Program-made: the position numbers and the translations under genes
The notes under the pieces: generated by a model
Told to the model about the DNA's origin: nothing
Databases searched by the model: none
Seen by the model: only the letters and a program-made list of their open reading frames with translations
Source: Mobula hypostoma
Lineage: Eukaryota
DNA length: 64,000 nucleotides
Direction of reading: 5' to 3'
NCBI RefSeq assembly: GCF_963921235.1
Contig: NC_086097.1
Location: forward strand, 194,868,001 to 194,932,000
Shown here: in pieces, positions 13,320 through 26,700 of the stretch
How positions within the stretch are numbered: the stretch's first letter is position 1
Layout: every line of letters begins with the position of its first letter

Positions 13320-13915
13320 AAATAGGAGAAGTAGATCATTTGACCCTTGCAGTCAGTTCCACCATTCAATTTGATAGGGGCACAAAATCTAAATTCAGTA
13401 TTCTGTTCCAGCTGTCTCCCCAAATTCCTTGATTCCACCAGTCCCAAGAACAACATCTAACCTCATTTTGAATATATTTAATTATTTGTTTTGATCGTTT
13501 TCTGTGAGAGAAAATTCTACAAGTTCACCACTCTCTGTTCTCCTTATCTCTGCCTTAAGTAGCTGACTCCTTATGCTCAACATATACCTGGCCATTAGGA
13601 ATATCTTTACTGCATCAAATCCATCCCGTCATGATAAAAGTTTGTAGGCTTCTAACTGCAATTGTAGGTTTAAATGTGGTCCCCTCTCACATTTTCCATA
13701 ATAGAGCGAATATAACCCTAATTGAGCCAACCTTTCTTCATGTATTAATCTCACCATCTCAGGAATCAGTCTTCTAATTTGCATAAAACCCTAAAACAGG
13801 AGCAGAATTAGGGCCATTTGGCCCATTGAGTCTGCTCCACCATTCAGTCATGATTAATCCTTTTTTTCCCTCCTCACCTCCATTCCCTGGAAACCCTAGT
13901 TCCCTCCATAACTAA
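13320..13915 (-). mobile_element. Two old CR1 3'-end relics
   Basis: Nucleotide similarity to CR1 3' UTRs elsewhere in the window (ggagcagaattagggccattt...ctgctccaccattca). Confidence 0.5.
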
Positions 13916-14089
13916 GCTATCCTTCTTCAAATAAGGAAATAAGACTGCAAACAATCCTAAAAGCGCTGATTCACTAATTCCCTGCTCAGTCGCTGCTCCT
14001 ATACACAAGTCATCTTGCTATGTGATTTTTCCCCAAGAAGGTTTAAAAACATCTTTAGATCATATCTTCTATCCACTAGCACTCCCTAC

Positions 14090-15132
14090 CCTTGACAAGG
14101 GTCAGGACAAAATATCTGAGTAGGGATTCTGATGTTGGGTAGGCATCTCCGAGTAGCTAATTTCTGGAGGTAGCATTCCCTGTTTGTGAAAGCACCCTCT
14201 GGGGATCTTGAAAAGTGCTTAAATGGCTGCATCAAATTCTGAAGCTGTGTAGAGCAATGGAAAGTGGAAAGCATCCGACTTTTCCTATGGGCTGTACCCT
14301 TCCCAGTCAACCAGATAGTGCACATGCTGCCCACGATGATGTGAATCCATTATCCAACAAACTGTGTTTACTGAACCATCTTCCAGCATCCTTGGTTCCA
14401 GAGATGTAGGCTCAGGAGGGTTGAATGGCCCATGGACAATGGGCTTGAGGACGATCACGTGGAAGGTCAATGTGATCCCGAGGGATAGTGGCAGCTGGAG
14501 ATAATAGGGGACTGGGTAGAGGCAATGTGTAATCTTAGAGGTACTAATGAACCAGTTTAAGACACACTGGACAGGAAATTGCAGCAATGATTTGGAGATT
14601 CATCAAGGTATTCAGGTACCAGAATCTGTGGCTCCAAGGGAAGAGGTTGACCAGAGCAGGTTTGCTGCAATGAGACAGAGTTGAATAAGAATGGTGAGTA
14701 GGTGGACAATAGTTTCCTGCTACTTCTGAATCACATACTCATGCCAGCAGATGACTTCCTTAGGTTAGGCAAACTCCGTTGTGTCAGACACCGGTTCACC
14801 TATCCTGTCAGGAAATGTAGAGGAGCCTTGACCCAAAAGCAGAGCAGTGGAGATGAATTAGCAGCAAATGATATCTTACTAATAAACTGCAAGATAATAA
14901 GCTGTGAGGAGCCGGAAAAGAAGAGAGAACAGATACTTAACAGGACAAGGCAACAAAGTGACGAAAGGCTAGGAGCAACTGTTTGAGGCTGGCTGGTTCA
15001 ATGGATGAATCAAGGACTGAGGGTGAAATAGGCTGGGTTTAAATAAGCTGCAGGTGATGAGTTGGAATTGAGTGGCATGTGACGTGTTAGCTGGGTATAG
15101 ACTGTGAGGTACCTGCCTTTGTAGGCCTGACA
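14090..15132 (-). mobile_element. Chromodomain-bearing Gypsy relic with one LTR (14806-15132)
   Basis: LTR bounded by TGTCA...TGACA on the minus strand, followed by TLTFHV..LKP..HYLVDWEGYSP (integrase end plus chromodomain). Most of gag-pol is deleted. Confidence 0.7.
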
Positions 15133-16310
15133 CCACATTTTCCTTGCTGTATTGATGGTTCAATGTCTGCTTAGATTAAGCCCAGGGATGGAATGGACTT
15201 TCTAAAGGCAGTGATTTCTTCAGGTGCATATCTGGCAGCAAAAAATTATTAGGCATACTAAGGTATTAATATTTTCCAAACAATGTTATTTCACTTGGAA
15301 ATAACCACTGAGGTAATCTACACCATGTTAAATGAGTTGTTGTATAATTTTCACAACGATGATGGCTATAATCATTTAAAGTTCATCAAGCTATCTTAGG
15401 ACTACTTCATTCCATTTGCAATTTCTTAGCAAACAATGCTATGCAACAAGACCCCAACAATGTTCAGGCATAGGCTGATAGGTTGACCAATATGTGGAGA
15501 AAATAATATACACAACATACTTGCCAGATAATAACCACCTCAAACAATAGATTATGACCATTTACTCATGACATCTCCCATTATCATTAATATGATTGAA
15601 ATATTCATATTATGATCACTGCCTCCTAAGGGTTCCTTTACCTTAAGCTGCTTCATTAAATCAGGATCATTACACAACACCCAGAAAAGGCAATTCTTGT
15701 ATCACCCACAAAACATACATAGTCGCTGTACTTGTCGAGACTACATGCAGCTCCTTATAAACTCATGTCCTCTACCAACAAGAAAAACAAGGCATCCCAG
15801 TCATGATCAAAATCTGGAAACCTCCAACCTATCAGCATTATAGGAGGAACTGACAAAAACTACTGCAAGGTGTCTCATTATAATTTACGAGGGGCATTGC
15901 AGGATGGACAACTAATGGAAGTTTTACCTATAACCCATTAATGACCAGCAAAGATATGAACAATATGAGATGTCAGATATATCAGGGACCTAGTTCAATA
16001 TTAATAGTAACATTTGTATAAGATTATGGAAAGTCAATACAAATTAAACCTGCTCACGATTAACAACCTCAATAAAATAAAGGCTCAATTCCCCTGAGGC
16101 ACTATTAACAGGTTTATTGCTTATGTGAGCAATTGAGTCCTGAGGTAGAAGCTGGTGCATTAGAATTTTCCAGCCACAGTGTCAGTTGGGTAGCAATAAA
16201 ACAAAGAATGCATGGTGTTCCTTTGTATCAGTCATAATTGTAGCAGTCTGACTAATTCTGCTTGAGCTTCTTTATATTTACAACAGATTAATTAATGTTA
16301 TAATGTTGTA

Positions 16311-16588
16311 GCGTGAAGCGCAGAATCAAATATCGCTGTGATGATTGTACACTCTAGTATCAATTGTTTGGCGACAATAAAGTAAAGTAAAGTAAATTTC
16401 ATCATCACAGCGATATTTGATTCTGTGCTTCACACTCCCTGGATTACAAATCGATAATAAATAGTAAAAATTTAAATTATAAATCATAAATAGAAAATAG
16501 AAAAGAAAAAGTAAGGTAGTGCAAAAAAAAAACCGAGAGGCAGGTCCGGATATTTGGAGGGTACGGCCCAGATCCAGGTCAGGATCCA
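16311..16588. repeat. Tail-to-tail pair of LINE 3' ends (same family as 32119-32480)
   Basis: 16311-16345 is the reverse complement of 16401-16435 (33/35), with the (GTAAA)n tail between them. Confidence 0.75.
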
Positions 16589-16614
16589 AGTTTTGTGATA
16601 TCTTTAAGACAATT

Positions 16615-16760
16615 AGTTAGAGGAGCAGAATTGGACCATTCAGCTTATCGTATCTGCTCCACCATTCTATCATGGCTGATTTATTATCTCTCTCAAACAT
16701 ATTCTCCTACCTTCTTCCCATGAACTTTGACCCATTGATTAATCAAGAACCCCTCAACTT
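16615..16760 (-). mobile_element. CR1 3' UTR relic
   Basis: ggagcagaattggaccattcagc...ctgctccaccattctatcatggctgat matches the CR1 tail. Confidence 0.6.
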
Positions 16761-17169
16761 CTACTGTAATGGCAAAATTGATTGAAAATCAAAACAAAAT
16801 AGTCGCCGCCAGACTGCAACCCCAGATGGAGTTGTTATACTTGTGTGACATGCCCACAGCTCCAATGATTGTTCATCCAAGAGGACATATTCCTTAATTT
16901 GATCCTTTATTAGCAATTAACAAACATACAATTAAACATTATTGTGCGTTATCTCAGCAGTCAGCAAAGATATGACCTCTATAGTCCCAAGCGATAAACT
17001 GCCACAAGGTAAGCATGAATACATAACTTATTCCCTTTGCTTTTACCATGGCCCAACTAATGTGGCCAGTTACCATAATACACATAATAAATGAACACTT
17101 GGCTTCTACATTCCAGCTGTCTAATTATTATACTATGATAAATACAAACTACATGCTACTAAGACACAG

Positions 17170-19777
17170 GAATCTCGCATGCAATTGTGGTTGTTGTGTA
17201 CATCCCTCCCTCTGCCAACCCGACGTCGGCCTGTAACATCATTTACACCATCATAGCCAGATTACAAACCCAGCACCCGAATGCCCTCATTACTATCTTG
17301 GGTGACTTCAACCAGGTTACCATGGCTAGAACACTGCCTGACTTCACGCAGTATGTGAGCTGTACAACCAGAGGGGAGAGGACTCTGGATTTGATGTACG
17401 CTAACGTTGAGGATGCATACAGCTCCTCTCCCCTTCCCCCACTGGGAAGGTCAGATCACAACCTGGCGCATCTAAAACCCTGCTACGTGCCTCTGGTGAA
17501 GAGTATATCTGCAACCTCGAGGACAGTGGGGAAATGGTTGGAGGAGGCTTATGAGACGCTCCAGGGTTGTTTTGAGGTGACAGACTGGCAGGCACTCTGT
17601 GAGCCACATGGAGAGGAAATTGATGGGCTCACAGAATGCATCACTGATTACATTAACTTCTGTGTGGACTGCAATGTTCCGACAAGAACTGTCCTTTGTT
17701 ATTCAAATAACAAGCCATGGGTGACAAAGGACATTAAGGACATCCTGAACGCTAAAAAGAGGGCGTTTAGAGATGGAAATAGGGAGGAGCTGAGGGCAAT
17801 ACAGAGGGACCTGAAAGTCAGGATCAGGGAGGCGAAAGACAGGTACAGGAGGAAGCTTGAGTGGAAACTCCAGCAGAACAACATGAGAGAGGTCTGGAGG
17901 GGGAGGAGGACCATCACTGGGTTTCGGCAAACTAGCAACAGAGGAGTATAGACAAACTTAACCTGTTCTTTAATAGATTTGACATTGTGACCCCTGCCCA
18001 TCCCCCACATGAGCCATCTGTTGTCGGCCCCCAACCAACACATATTCCACTCTCCCCTCCTACCCCTCCTCACAGTCCCCCACCCTGCTCTCATGACGAT
18101 ACCCCTTACCCACACGAAACCACCACGGTGGGCTTCACGGCTGAACAGGTGAGAAGACAGCTGAAACGTCTCAACCCAAGCAATGCTGCAGGACCGGTTG
18201 GTGTCAGTACCAGGGTGCTCAAAGCCTGTGCCCCTCAACTATGTGGAGTACTTCGCCATGTATTCAACATGAGCCTGAGGCTTTGGAGGGTTCCTGTACT
18301 GTGGAAGACGTCCTGCCTCATCTCTGTGCCGAAGACGCTGCACCCCAGCGGCCTCAATGACTACAGACTGGTGGCATTGACCTCCCACATCATGAAGACC
18401 CTGGAGAGACTTGTTCTGGAGCTGCTCCGGCCTATGGTCAGGCCACACTTAGATCCCCTCCAATTCGCCTACCAGCCCCGACTAGGAGTTGAGGATGCCA
18501 TCGTCTTCCTGCTGAATCGTGTCTACGCCCATCTGGACAAGCCAGCAAGCGCTGTGAGGGTCATGTTTTTTGACTTCTCCAGTGCGTACAACACCATCCG
18601 CCCTGCTCTGTTGGGGGAGAAGCTGACAGCGATGCAGGTGGATGCTTCCCTGGTATCATGGATTCTTGATTACCTGACTGGCAGACCACAGTACGTGTGC
18701 TTGCAACACTGTGTGTCCGACAGAGTGATCAGCAGCACTGGGGCTCCACAGGGGACTGTCTTGTCTCCCTTTCTCTTCACCATTTACACCTCGGACTTCA
18801 ATTACTGCACAGAGTCTTGTCATCTTCAGAAGTTTTCGGATGACTCTGACATAGTTGGATGCATCAGCAAAGGAGATGAGATTGAGTACAGGGCTACGGT
18901 AGGAAACTTTGTCACATGGTGTGAGCAGAATTATCTGCAGCTTAATGTGTAAATAGACTAAGGAGCTGGTGGTAGACCTGAGGAGAGCTAAGGTACTGAT
19001 GACCCCTGTTTCCATCCAGGGGGTTAGTGTGGACATGGTGGAGGATTACAAATACCTGGGGATACGAATTGACAATGAACTGGACTGGTCTAGGAACACT
19101 GAGGCTATCTACAAGAAGGGTTAGAGCCGTCTCTATTTCCTGAGGGGACTGAGGTCCTTTAACATCTGCCGGATGATGCTGAGGATGTTCTACAAGTCTG
19201 TGGTGGCCAGTGCTATCATGTTTGCTGTTGTGTGCTGGGGCAGCAGGCTGAGGGTAGCAGACACCAACAGAATCAACAAACTTATTCGTAAGGCCAGTGA
19301 TGTTGTGGGGATGGAACTGGACTCTCTCATGGTGGTGTCGGAAAAGAGGATGCTGTCTAAGTTGCTTGCCATCTTGGTCAATGTCTCCCATCCACTACAT
19401 AATGTACTGGGTGGGCACAGGAGTACATTCAGCCAGAGACTCATTCCTCCGAGATGTAGCACAGAGCGTCATAGGAAGTCATTCCTGCCTGTGGCCATCA
19501 AACTTTACAACTCCTCTCTTGGAGGGTCAGACACCCTGAGCCGATAGGCTGGTCCTGGACATTTCATAATTTACTGGCATAATTTACATATTACTATTTA
19601 ATTATTTATTACTATTCTCTATTACTATTCTATTACTAGTTATTATTTCTATGACTATTACTATTTACTATTTACTAATAGTAATATTACTATTACTATT
19701 TATTATTTATGGTGCAACTGTAATGAAAACCAATTTCCCCTGGGATCAATAAAGTATGACTATGACTATGACTATGA
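17170..19777 (+). mobile_element. Rex1/Babar LINE (family B), APE plus RT pseudogene
   Basis: VVVYIPPSA..LGDFN..LGRSDHN (APE) and LDPLQFAY..FFDFSSAYNTI..GAPQGTVLSPFLF..KFSDD (RT); (TATGAC)n tail; possible AATCTC TSD. Confidence 0.9.
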
Positions 19778-19866
19778 AATCTCAACACTTACACAAATAT
19801 CCTGTTTTGGTAAGCAGTCTATCTTGAATTTTGCTCATCTCATGCCAAACCAGGTTGCCCCTCTTG

Positions 19867-19983
19867 GGTTCCAGCCCGAAACATTGACTGATCGTTTCCG
19901 CAGATGCTGCCCAACCTGCTGAGTTCCTCCAGCATGTTGTGAGTGTTGCTTTGACCCCAGCATCTGCAGAGTATTTTGTGTTT
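19867..19983 (+). mobile_element. Penelope-like 3' terminal (pLTR) fragment
   Basis: cccgaaacattgactg...gatgctgcccaacctgctgagttcctccagcat, shared with 22560-22639. Confidence 0.75.
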
Positions 19984-21776
19984 AGATATTGAGGGATAAG
20001 CATGCCTTGGAGGAAAAGGCAGAAAAGCTTCAACAGAAACCAGTCACAACAGGAGGAACAGCTTTGAAGAGATCAGGAACAGCTTCGGTGAAATCAGGCA
20101 GAACAGGCAGAGCAACTTCAAAGACAGATGGAGCAGCTTAAGTTGCAAGAAGAAATCGCAGCCAAGATGGCCAGAGTTAAAGTGCTAAGGGCTTCAAGTG
20201 CTGTGGGTGCTAAACATGCACCAGTAGGGCAGTTCTCTGGTGAAAGTTTCTATGTTGACATGGAACAGAAAAACTCAGCATACTCAATGTCAACACAGAT
20301 ACACTTGAGGATCAAAGGTCTATAAGCCATGAGTTTGAACACCAAGGGATAGTTCATTTTCAGTCTGCTCCAAGGAAATACTCTGAACCTATGCCATATC
20401 CAATAGAACAGGGTGGCTCTGGGAACATTGATTTATGGTATGATGATATCAGTGTTCAGATGATAAGGTCTAAATGCCACGCTAGAGGCCATAGGGATAC
20501 AAAAGGAAGTGACAAGTGTTGTGATGCACCATACTGCTTTGCATCTCTGCCTAAAGGAGAGATTCAATTGGAGTATCCATTGCAGTAACATTTATTTTTG
20601 AGGGCTTTCAAGATTAACATTGAAAGCAAGACTGATATTTATGATGACCATCTCTATTTTCTTGAGCAGTACATTGAATTTTACCATGGAGAGCTTGTCA
20701 AAAGTTGTCTCATTCCGACCCGGGGCAAGGACATGTAAAGGTCCAAGCTTTACTATAGGAAAGTTATTGTAATGAGCAGATAATCACTGCGGCTTATGTG
20801 AAAAAGGCTCTTTCTTGGTGGCTTATTATATCGGAAGACGCAAAAGCTCTTCAAGACTACAGTCCTTATCTTAGAAGTTGTTGCAATGCTGTGGAAGACA
20901 AAGACATGCAGACCATGCGTGATTGTCATGGATAAATTGCCCGGTGAAATTAGAAAAGAATGGTGATAGTCAGTGAATGAACTGCAAAAGAAAACTAACC
21001 GTTAAGTTTACTTGCACTGACCTTGTTGATTTTATTGAAAGGCATCTGACGATTGTTACACACCCAGTGTTTGGGAACGTATACATAGCTACATCACTAG
21101 CAGTAGGTAAAGCTGTGAACAAAACTGAGTCACAGATTCGTTCTCAAACTAAATGAAGAAGATTTCCCACTACTGTGGCTACTGTGGAAAGTGAAACTGA
21201 GCCTAGAACCAATGAAAAGGGTGCAGAACCATGATTGAAGCAAACACAGCAGCGAGTACCGCCTTGGTCATATGGTGGTCTAATGGGGATCAGTGATCAT
21301 GATTGTAACCTTTCTATAATTCCGGTTCAAGTTTAAGAAGAGTAAAAAGACAATGGTTTCTTATGTATTCCTAGATCAAGGAAATTTAACAGTATTCTGA
21401 ACAGAGAGCCTCGTGAACAAGCTCAACCTGACAGGAAAAGGAACATGCATTCCCTTACGCACCATGGGTCAAGAGAATGTTGTGACTAGCTACACCAGTT
21501 CAGGATTGGAAGTGGCTGGCTTGGATAGTGAAAACTATTGTGAACTGCCTAGCATCTATGCACAGTAATGTATGCCTGTATACGAAGGGTACACTGCTCA
21601 TCAGAGAGATCTTTAGAAATGGTCTCAACCGAAGTATGTTTACTTGCCGGAAGCTGATTCAGAAATTGAGCTGTTGATAGGGATGAATGAGCTAACAGCT
21701 AATAAGACTTCAGTTTTGTGCATGGATGAGTTTTCTCAGCAGCATTTCAAGACAGATTTTCCTGAATGAAGTCAAG

Positions 21777-22639
21777 GCAGTAGAGGAGGCCATGTATGGA
21801 CATATCCGAATGGGAATGTGAAGCATAGTTGAAGTGTATTACCTGGTCCACACGTCCCTCCCCATGGATTTCCAATCTGGCACTTATCCCTGTAAGCGTA
21901 AGTGCTACACCTGTCCCTACACCTCCTCTCTTGCCACTATTCAGGGCCCCAAACAGTCCTTCCAGGTGAGGCAACACTTCACTTGTGAGTCTGTTGGGGT
22001 CATCTATTGCATACGGTGCTCCCGGTGTGGCCTCCTCTACATCGGTGAAACCCGACGCAGATTAGGGGACCGCTTCATGGAGCACCTCCGCTCTGTCCGC
22101 CGCAACAGACAGGACCTCCCGGTTGCCACCCACTTTAACTCTGCTTCACATTCCCATTAGGATATGTCCATACGTGGCCTCCGCTACTGCCATGATGAGG
22201 CTAAACTCAGGTTGGAGGAGCAACACCTCATGTACCGTCTGGGTAGTCTCCAGCCCCTTGGTATGAACATTGAATTCTCCAACTTCCGGTAATTCCTTTC
22301 CCTATCCCTATTTCACTCTGGCCCCTCCCCCAGCTGCCTATCACCTCCCTCATGGTTCCCCCTCCTTCTACTACCCATTGTGCTTTCCCCTATTCCTTCT
22401 TCACCTTTCCTGCCTATCACCTCCCTGCCTCCCCTCCCCCACCCCTTTATCTTTCCCCTTACTGGTTTTTCACCTGGAACCTACCAGCCTTCTCCTTCCC
22501 ACCCTCCCCCCTCCTTCTTTATAGGGCATCTGCTCCCTCCCTCTTCAGTCCTGATGAAGGGTTCTGGCCTGAAACATTGATTGATGGTTTCCACGGATGC
22601 TGCCTGACCTGCTGAGTTCCTCCGGCGTGTTGTGAGTGT
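21777..22639 (+). mobile_element. Penelope-like element, GIY-YIG end plus pLTR, with a 60-bp inverted 5' piece
   Basis: FTCESVGVIYCIRCSRCGLLYIGETRRRLGDRFMEH. 21777-21836 is a reverse-complement copy of about 22131-22190. Confidence 0.9.
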
Positions 22640-23784
22640 TCCCTCAATATCTGTTGTCTTGCATGTAACTCAGCTAAACCAGTCTCCATTTCAATGTGTG
22701 CCAATGTGATATTAGACACCTGGGATGTCTTGCTAACAATAGCACTTAAAGACACACTGTCCTCAGTGCATATGCCATCCTGTAACTTATCCATTGTCAA
22801 AGCTTGTTCTCTGAGTTTGTAAATATTTTCATTTACCCCAGGGAACTGATCCTCAAAGGCACTTGTTTGTTTAATTCCTCTCTTAGCTTCAAGGTCACTG
22901 CTTCTAGCTAAAATAATTTCATCTTCTAAGTGCGCAAACGAGACAAAACAAAGGCAGTTTCAATTCAACTTTTCAACGATAGAAGAAATTCAATTATTTC
23001 AGTTCTTCAGCATTCAACGGGACCAAGGGCTGAGCACTTCAGGCAACCACCACTGCAGCTTTTCAGTCCAATCCAGTTGAACAGCCACTTTTTACCACTT
23101 CAAGACTGGGTTTCAAACCAAACAAACAGCATGAAAAGTAAAGCAGGTCGTACTTGCTACAAGCTGCCATTCATTTGGTGTTACTGTCAAAATGTAGTGG
23201 TAAAATTGATCCAAAATCAAAACAAAACAATTGCCACCATCGTGCCACCCCAGACAGAGTTGTTATATTTGTATGACATGCCCACTGATTGCTCCAAAGA
23301 CTCGAATCAAATCGAATCATCTAATTATCATTCAATCATAATAGGTATGGTGATAGTCCTGCGGTAAGTTACATAATCACGATCCAACAAAGTCTTGTGA
23401 TGGCAAGTGAACTATCCGAGACAATATTCCACAGTATTACTTCATGCACCAGTTCTGATGTCTTTGAGTAATAGGCAGCAACAGGGTCTGCAACCAGGTC
23501 AGCTCCTCCAAATCCAAACCGCTTTTCCAACATCTCGGCTGGCTTCTATCCCGTCACGGGCCTGGCCCCTTTGACACCTTGCCGACACAAGTCCAGCTAC
23601 TTCGATCAACGAGCAAATGTCTGATGGATTAGCCATGCATTACCCAATGTTCTCAGAGTAGAATTGTCTTGCAATCATAAACAACATATTTAACAACTTG
23701 ATCTTCTGCGAGATCACTGCGTGTGAACACACCACCATCTTACGGGAAATCCCTCTCAACAGAATCAAAATCAGAATGCATATT

Positions 23785-26700
23785 AGTACTAAGGAGAAAA
23801 GTAAAAGTGGCAGGCCAACAAATCCAGGGCAAGCATTAAAAAGGGCCACTTTTCAACATAATTGTATAAGGGCTAAGAGAGTTGTAAAAGAGCGCCTGAA
23901 GGCTTTGTGTGTCAATGCAAGGAGCAGTCGTAATAAGGTGGATGAATTGAAAGTGCAGATTGTTATTAATGATTATGATATAGTTGGGATCACAGAGACA
24001 TGGCTCCAGGGTGACCAGGGATGGGAGCTCAACGTTCAGGGATATTCAATATTCAGGAGGGATAGACATGAAGGAAGGGGAGGTGGGGTGGCGTTGCTGG
24101 TTAAAGAAGAGATTAACGCAATAGAAAGGAAGGACATAAGCCGGGAAGATGTGGAAGCAATATGGGTAGAGCTGCGTAACACTAAGGGGCAGAAGACGCT
24201 GGTGGGAGTTGTGTACAGGCCACCTAACAGTAGTAGTGAGGTCGGAGATGGTATTAAACAGGAAATTAGAAATGTGTGCAATAAAGGAACAGCAGTTATA
24301 ATGGGTGACTTCAATCTACGTGTAGATTGGGTGAACCAAATTGGTAAAGGTGCTGAGGAAGAGGATTTCTTGGAATGTATGCGGGATGGTTTTTTGAACC
24401 AACATGTCGAGGAACCAACTAGAGAGCAGGCTATTCTGGACTGGGTTTTGAGCAATGAGGAAGGGTTAATTAGCGATCTTGTCGTGAGAGGCCCCTTGGG
24501 TAAGAGTGACCATAATATGGTGGAATTCTTCATTAATATGGAGAGTGACATAGTTAATTCAGAAACAAAGGTTCTGAACTTAAAGAGGGGTAACTTTGAA
24601 GGTATGAGACGTGAATTAGCTAGATAGACTGGCAAATGACACTTAAAGGATTGACGGTGGATATGCAACGGCAAGCATTTAAAGGTTGCATGGATGAACT
24701 ACAACAATTGTTCATCCCAGTTTGGCAAAAGAATAAATCAAGGAAGGTAGTGCACCCGTGGCTGACAAGAGAAATTAGGGATAGTATCAATTCCAAAGAA
24801 GAAGCATACAAATTAGCCAGAGAAAGTGGCTCACCTGAGGACTGGGAGAAATTCAGAGTTCAGCAGAGGAGGACAAGGGGCTTAATTAGGAAGGGGAAAA
24901 AAACACTATGAGAGAAAACTGGCAGGGAACATAAAAATGGACTGTAAAAGCTTTTATAGATATGTAAAAAGGAAAAGATTGGTAAAGACAAATGTAGGTC
25001 CCCTGCAGACAGAAACAGGTGAATTGATTATGGGGAGCAAGGACATGGCAGACCAATTGAATAATTACTTTGGTTCTGCCTTCACTAAGGAGGACATAAA
25101 TAATTTTCCAGAAATAGTAGGGGACAGAGGGTCCAGTGAGATGGAGGAACTGAGCGAAATACATGTTAGTAGGGAAGTGGTGTTAGGTAAATTGAAGGGA
25201 TTGAAGGCAGATAAATCCCCAGGGCCAGATGGTCTGCATCCTAGAGTGCTTGAGGAAGTAGCCCAAGAAATAGTGGATGCATTAGTGATAATTTTTCAAA
25301 ACTCGTTAGATTCTGGACTAGTTCCTGAGGATTGGAGGGTGGCTAATGTAACTCCACTTTTTAAAAAAGGAGGGAGAGAGAAACCGGGGAATTATAGACT
25401 GGTTACCCTAACGTCAGTAGTGGGGAAACTGCTGGAGTCAGTTATCAAGGATGTGATAACAGCACATTTGGAAAGCGGTGAAATGATCGGACAAAGTCTG
25501 CATGGATTTGTGAAAGGAAAATCATATCTGACGAATCTCATAGAATTTTTTGAGGATGTAACTAGTAGAGTGGATAGGGGAGAACCAGTGGATGTGGTAT
25601 ATTTGGATTTTCAAAAGGCTTTTGACAAGATCCCACACAGGAGATTAGTGTGCAAACTTAAAGCACACGGTATTGGGGGTAAGGTATTGGTGTGGGTGGA
25701 GAATTGGTTAGCAGACAGGAAGCAAAGAGTGGGAATAAACGGGACCTTTTCAGAATGGCAGGCAGTGACTAGTAGGGTACCGCAAGGCTCAGTGCTGGGA
25801 CCCCAGTTGTTTACAATATATATTAATGACTTGGATGAGGGAATTAAATGCAGCATCTCCAAGTTTGCGGATGACACGAAGCTGGGTGGCAGTGTTAGCT
25901 GTGAGGAGGATGCTAAGAGGATGCAGGGTGACTTGGATAGGTTGGGTGAGTGGGCAAATTCATGGCAGATGCAATTTAATGTGGATAAATGTGAAGTTAT
26001 CCACTTTGGTGGCAAAAATAGGAAAACAGATTATTATCTGAATGGTGGCCGATTAGGAAAAGGGGAGGTGCAACGAGACCTGGGTGTCATTATACACCAG
26101 CCATTGAAAGTGGGCATGCAGGTACAGCAGGCGGTGAAAAAGGCGAATGGTATGCCGGCATTTATAGTGAGAGGATTCGAGTACAGGAGCAGGGAGGTAC
26201 TACTGCAGTTGTACAAGGCCTTGGTGAGACCACACCTGGAGTATTGTGTGCAGTTTTGGTCCCCTAATCTGAGGAAAGACATCCTTGCCTTAGAGGGAGT
26301 ACAAAGAAGGTTCACCAGATTGATTCCTGGGATGGCAGGACTTTCATATGAAGAAAGACTGGATGAACTGGGCTTGTACTCTTTGGAATTTAGAAGATTG
26401 AGCGGGGATCTGATTGAAACGTATAAGATCCTAAAGGGATTGGACAGGCTAGTTGAAGGAAGATTGTTCCCGATGTTGGGGAAGTCCAGAACGAGGGGCC
26501 ACAGTTTGAGGGTAGAGGGGAAGCCTTTTAGGACCGAGATTAGGAAAAACTTCTTCACACAGAGAGTGGTGAATCTGTGGAATTCTCTGCCACAGGAAAC
26601 AGTTGAGGCCAGTTCATTGGCTATATTTAAGAGGGAGTTAGATATGGCCCTTGTGGCTACGGGGGTCAGGGGGTATGGAGGGAAGGCTGGGGCAGGGTTC

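Larger units (their letters stand above)
16765..23300 (-). mobile_element. BEL/Pao LTR retrotransposon relic (pol deleted, gag partly inverted, Rex1 and Penelope nested)
   Basis: 5' LTR end TTTTGACA|gtaa at 23185. Gag AELHARQQILR (22640-22800, minus) continues as ILRDKHALEEK..FLDQG..QHFKTDFPE (19984-21776, plus). Integrase-end-like TKTGYL at about 19800-19815. PPT-like ataattagacagctggaa|TGTA starts a 3' LTR at 17110. Confidence 0.7.

Noticed and set aside
13195..13374. Short ORF with a signal-peptide-like start (MKLSSCLLYLILPSLSIFLVLSAG)
   Set aside because: Under 60 codons, its 3' part runs into a CR1 relic, and the hydrophobicity is explained by pyrimidine-rich DNA.
23003..23146. Exon-like plus-strand ORF (VLQHSTGPRAEHFRQPP...) phase-compatible with 10746-10902
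   Set aside because: It lies antisense in the BEL leader between the LTR end (23185) and gag, and its donors are weak.
23380..23640. Possible RLE-element C-terminus on the minus strand (..GKAVWIWR)
   Set aside because: The similarity is too short and frame-broken; it could equally be LTR sequence.
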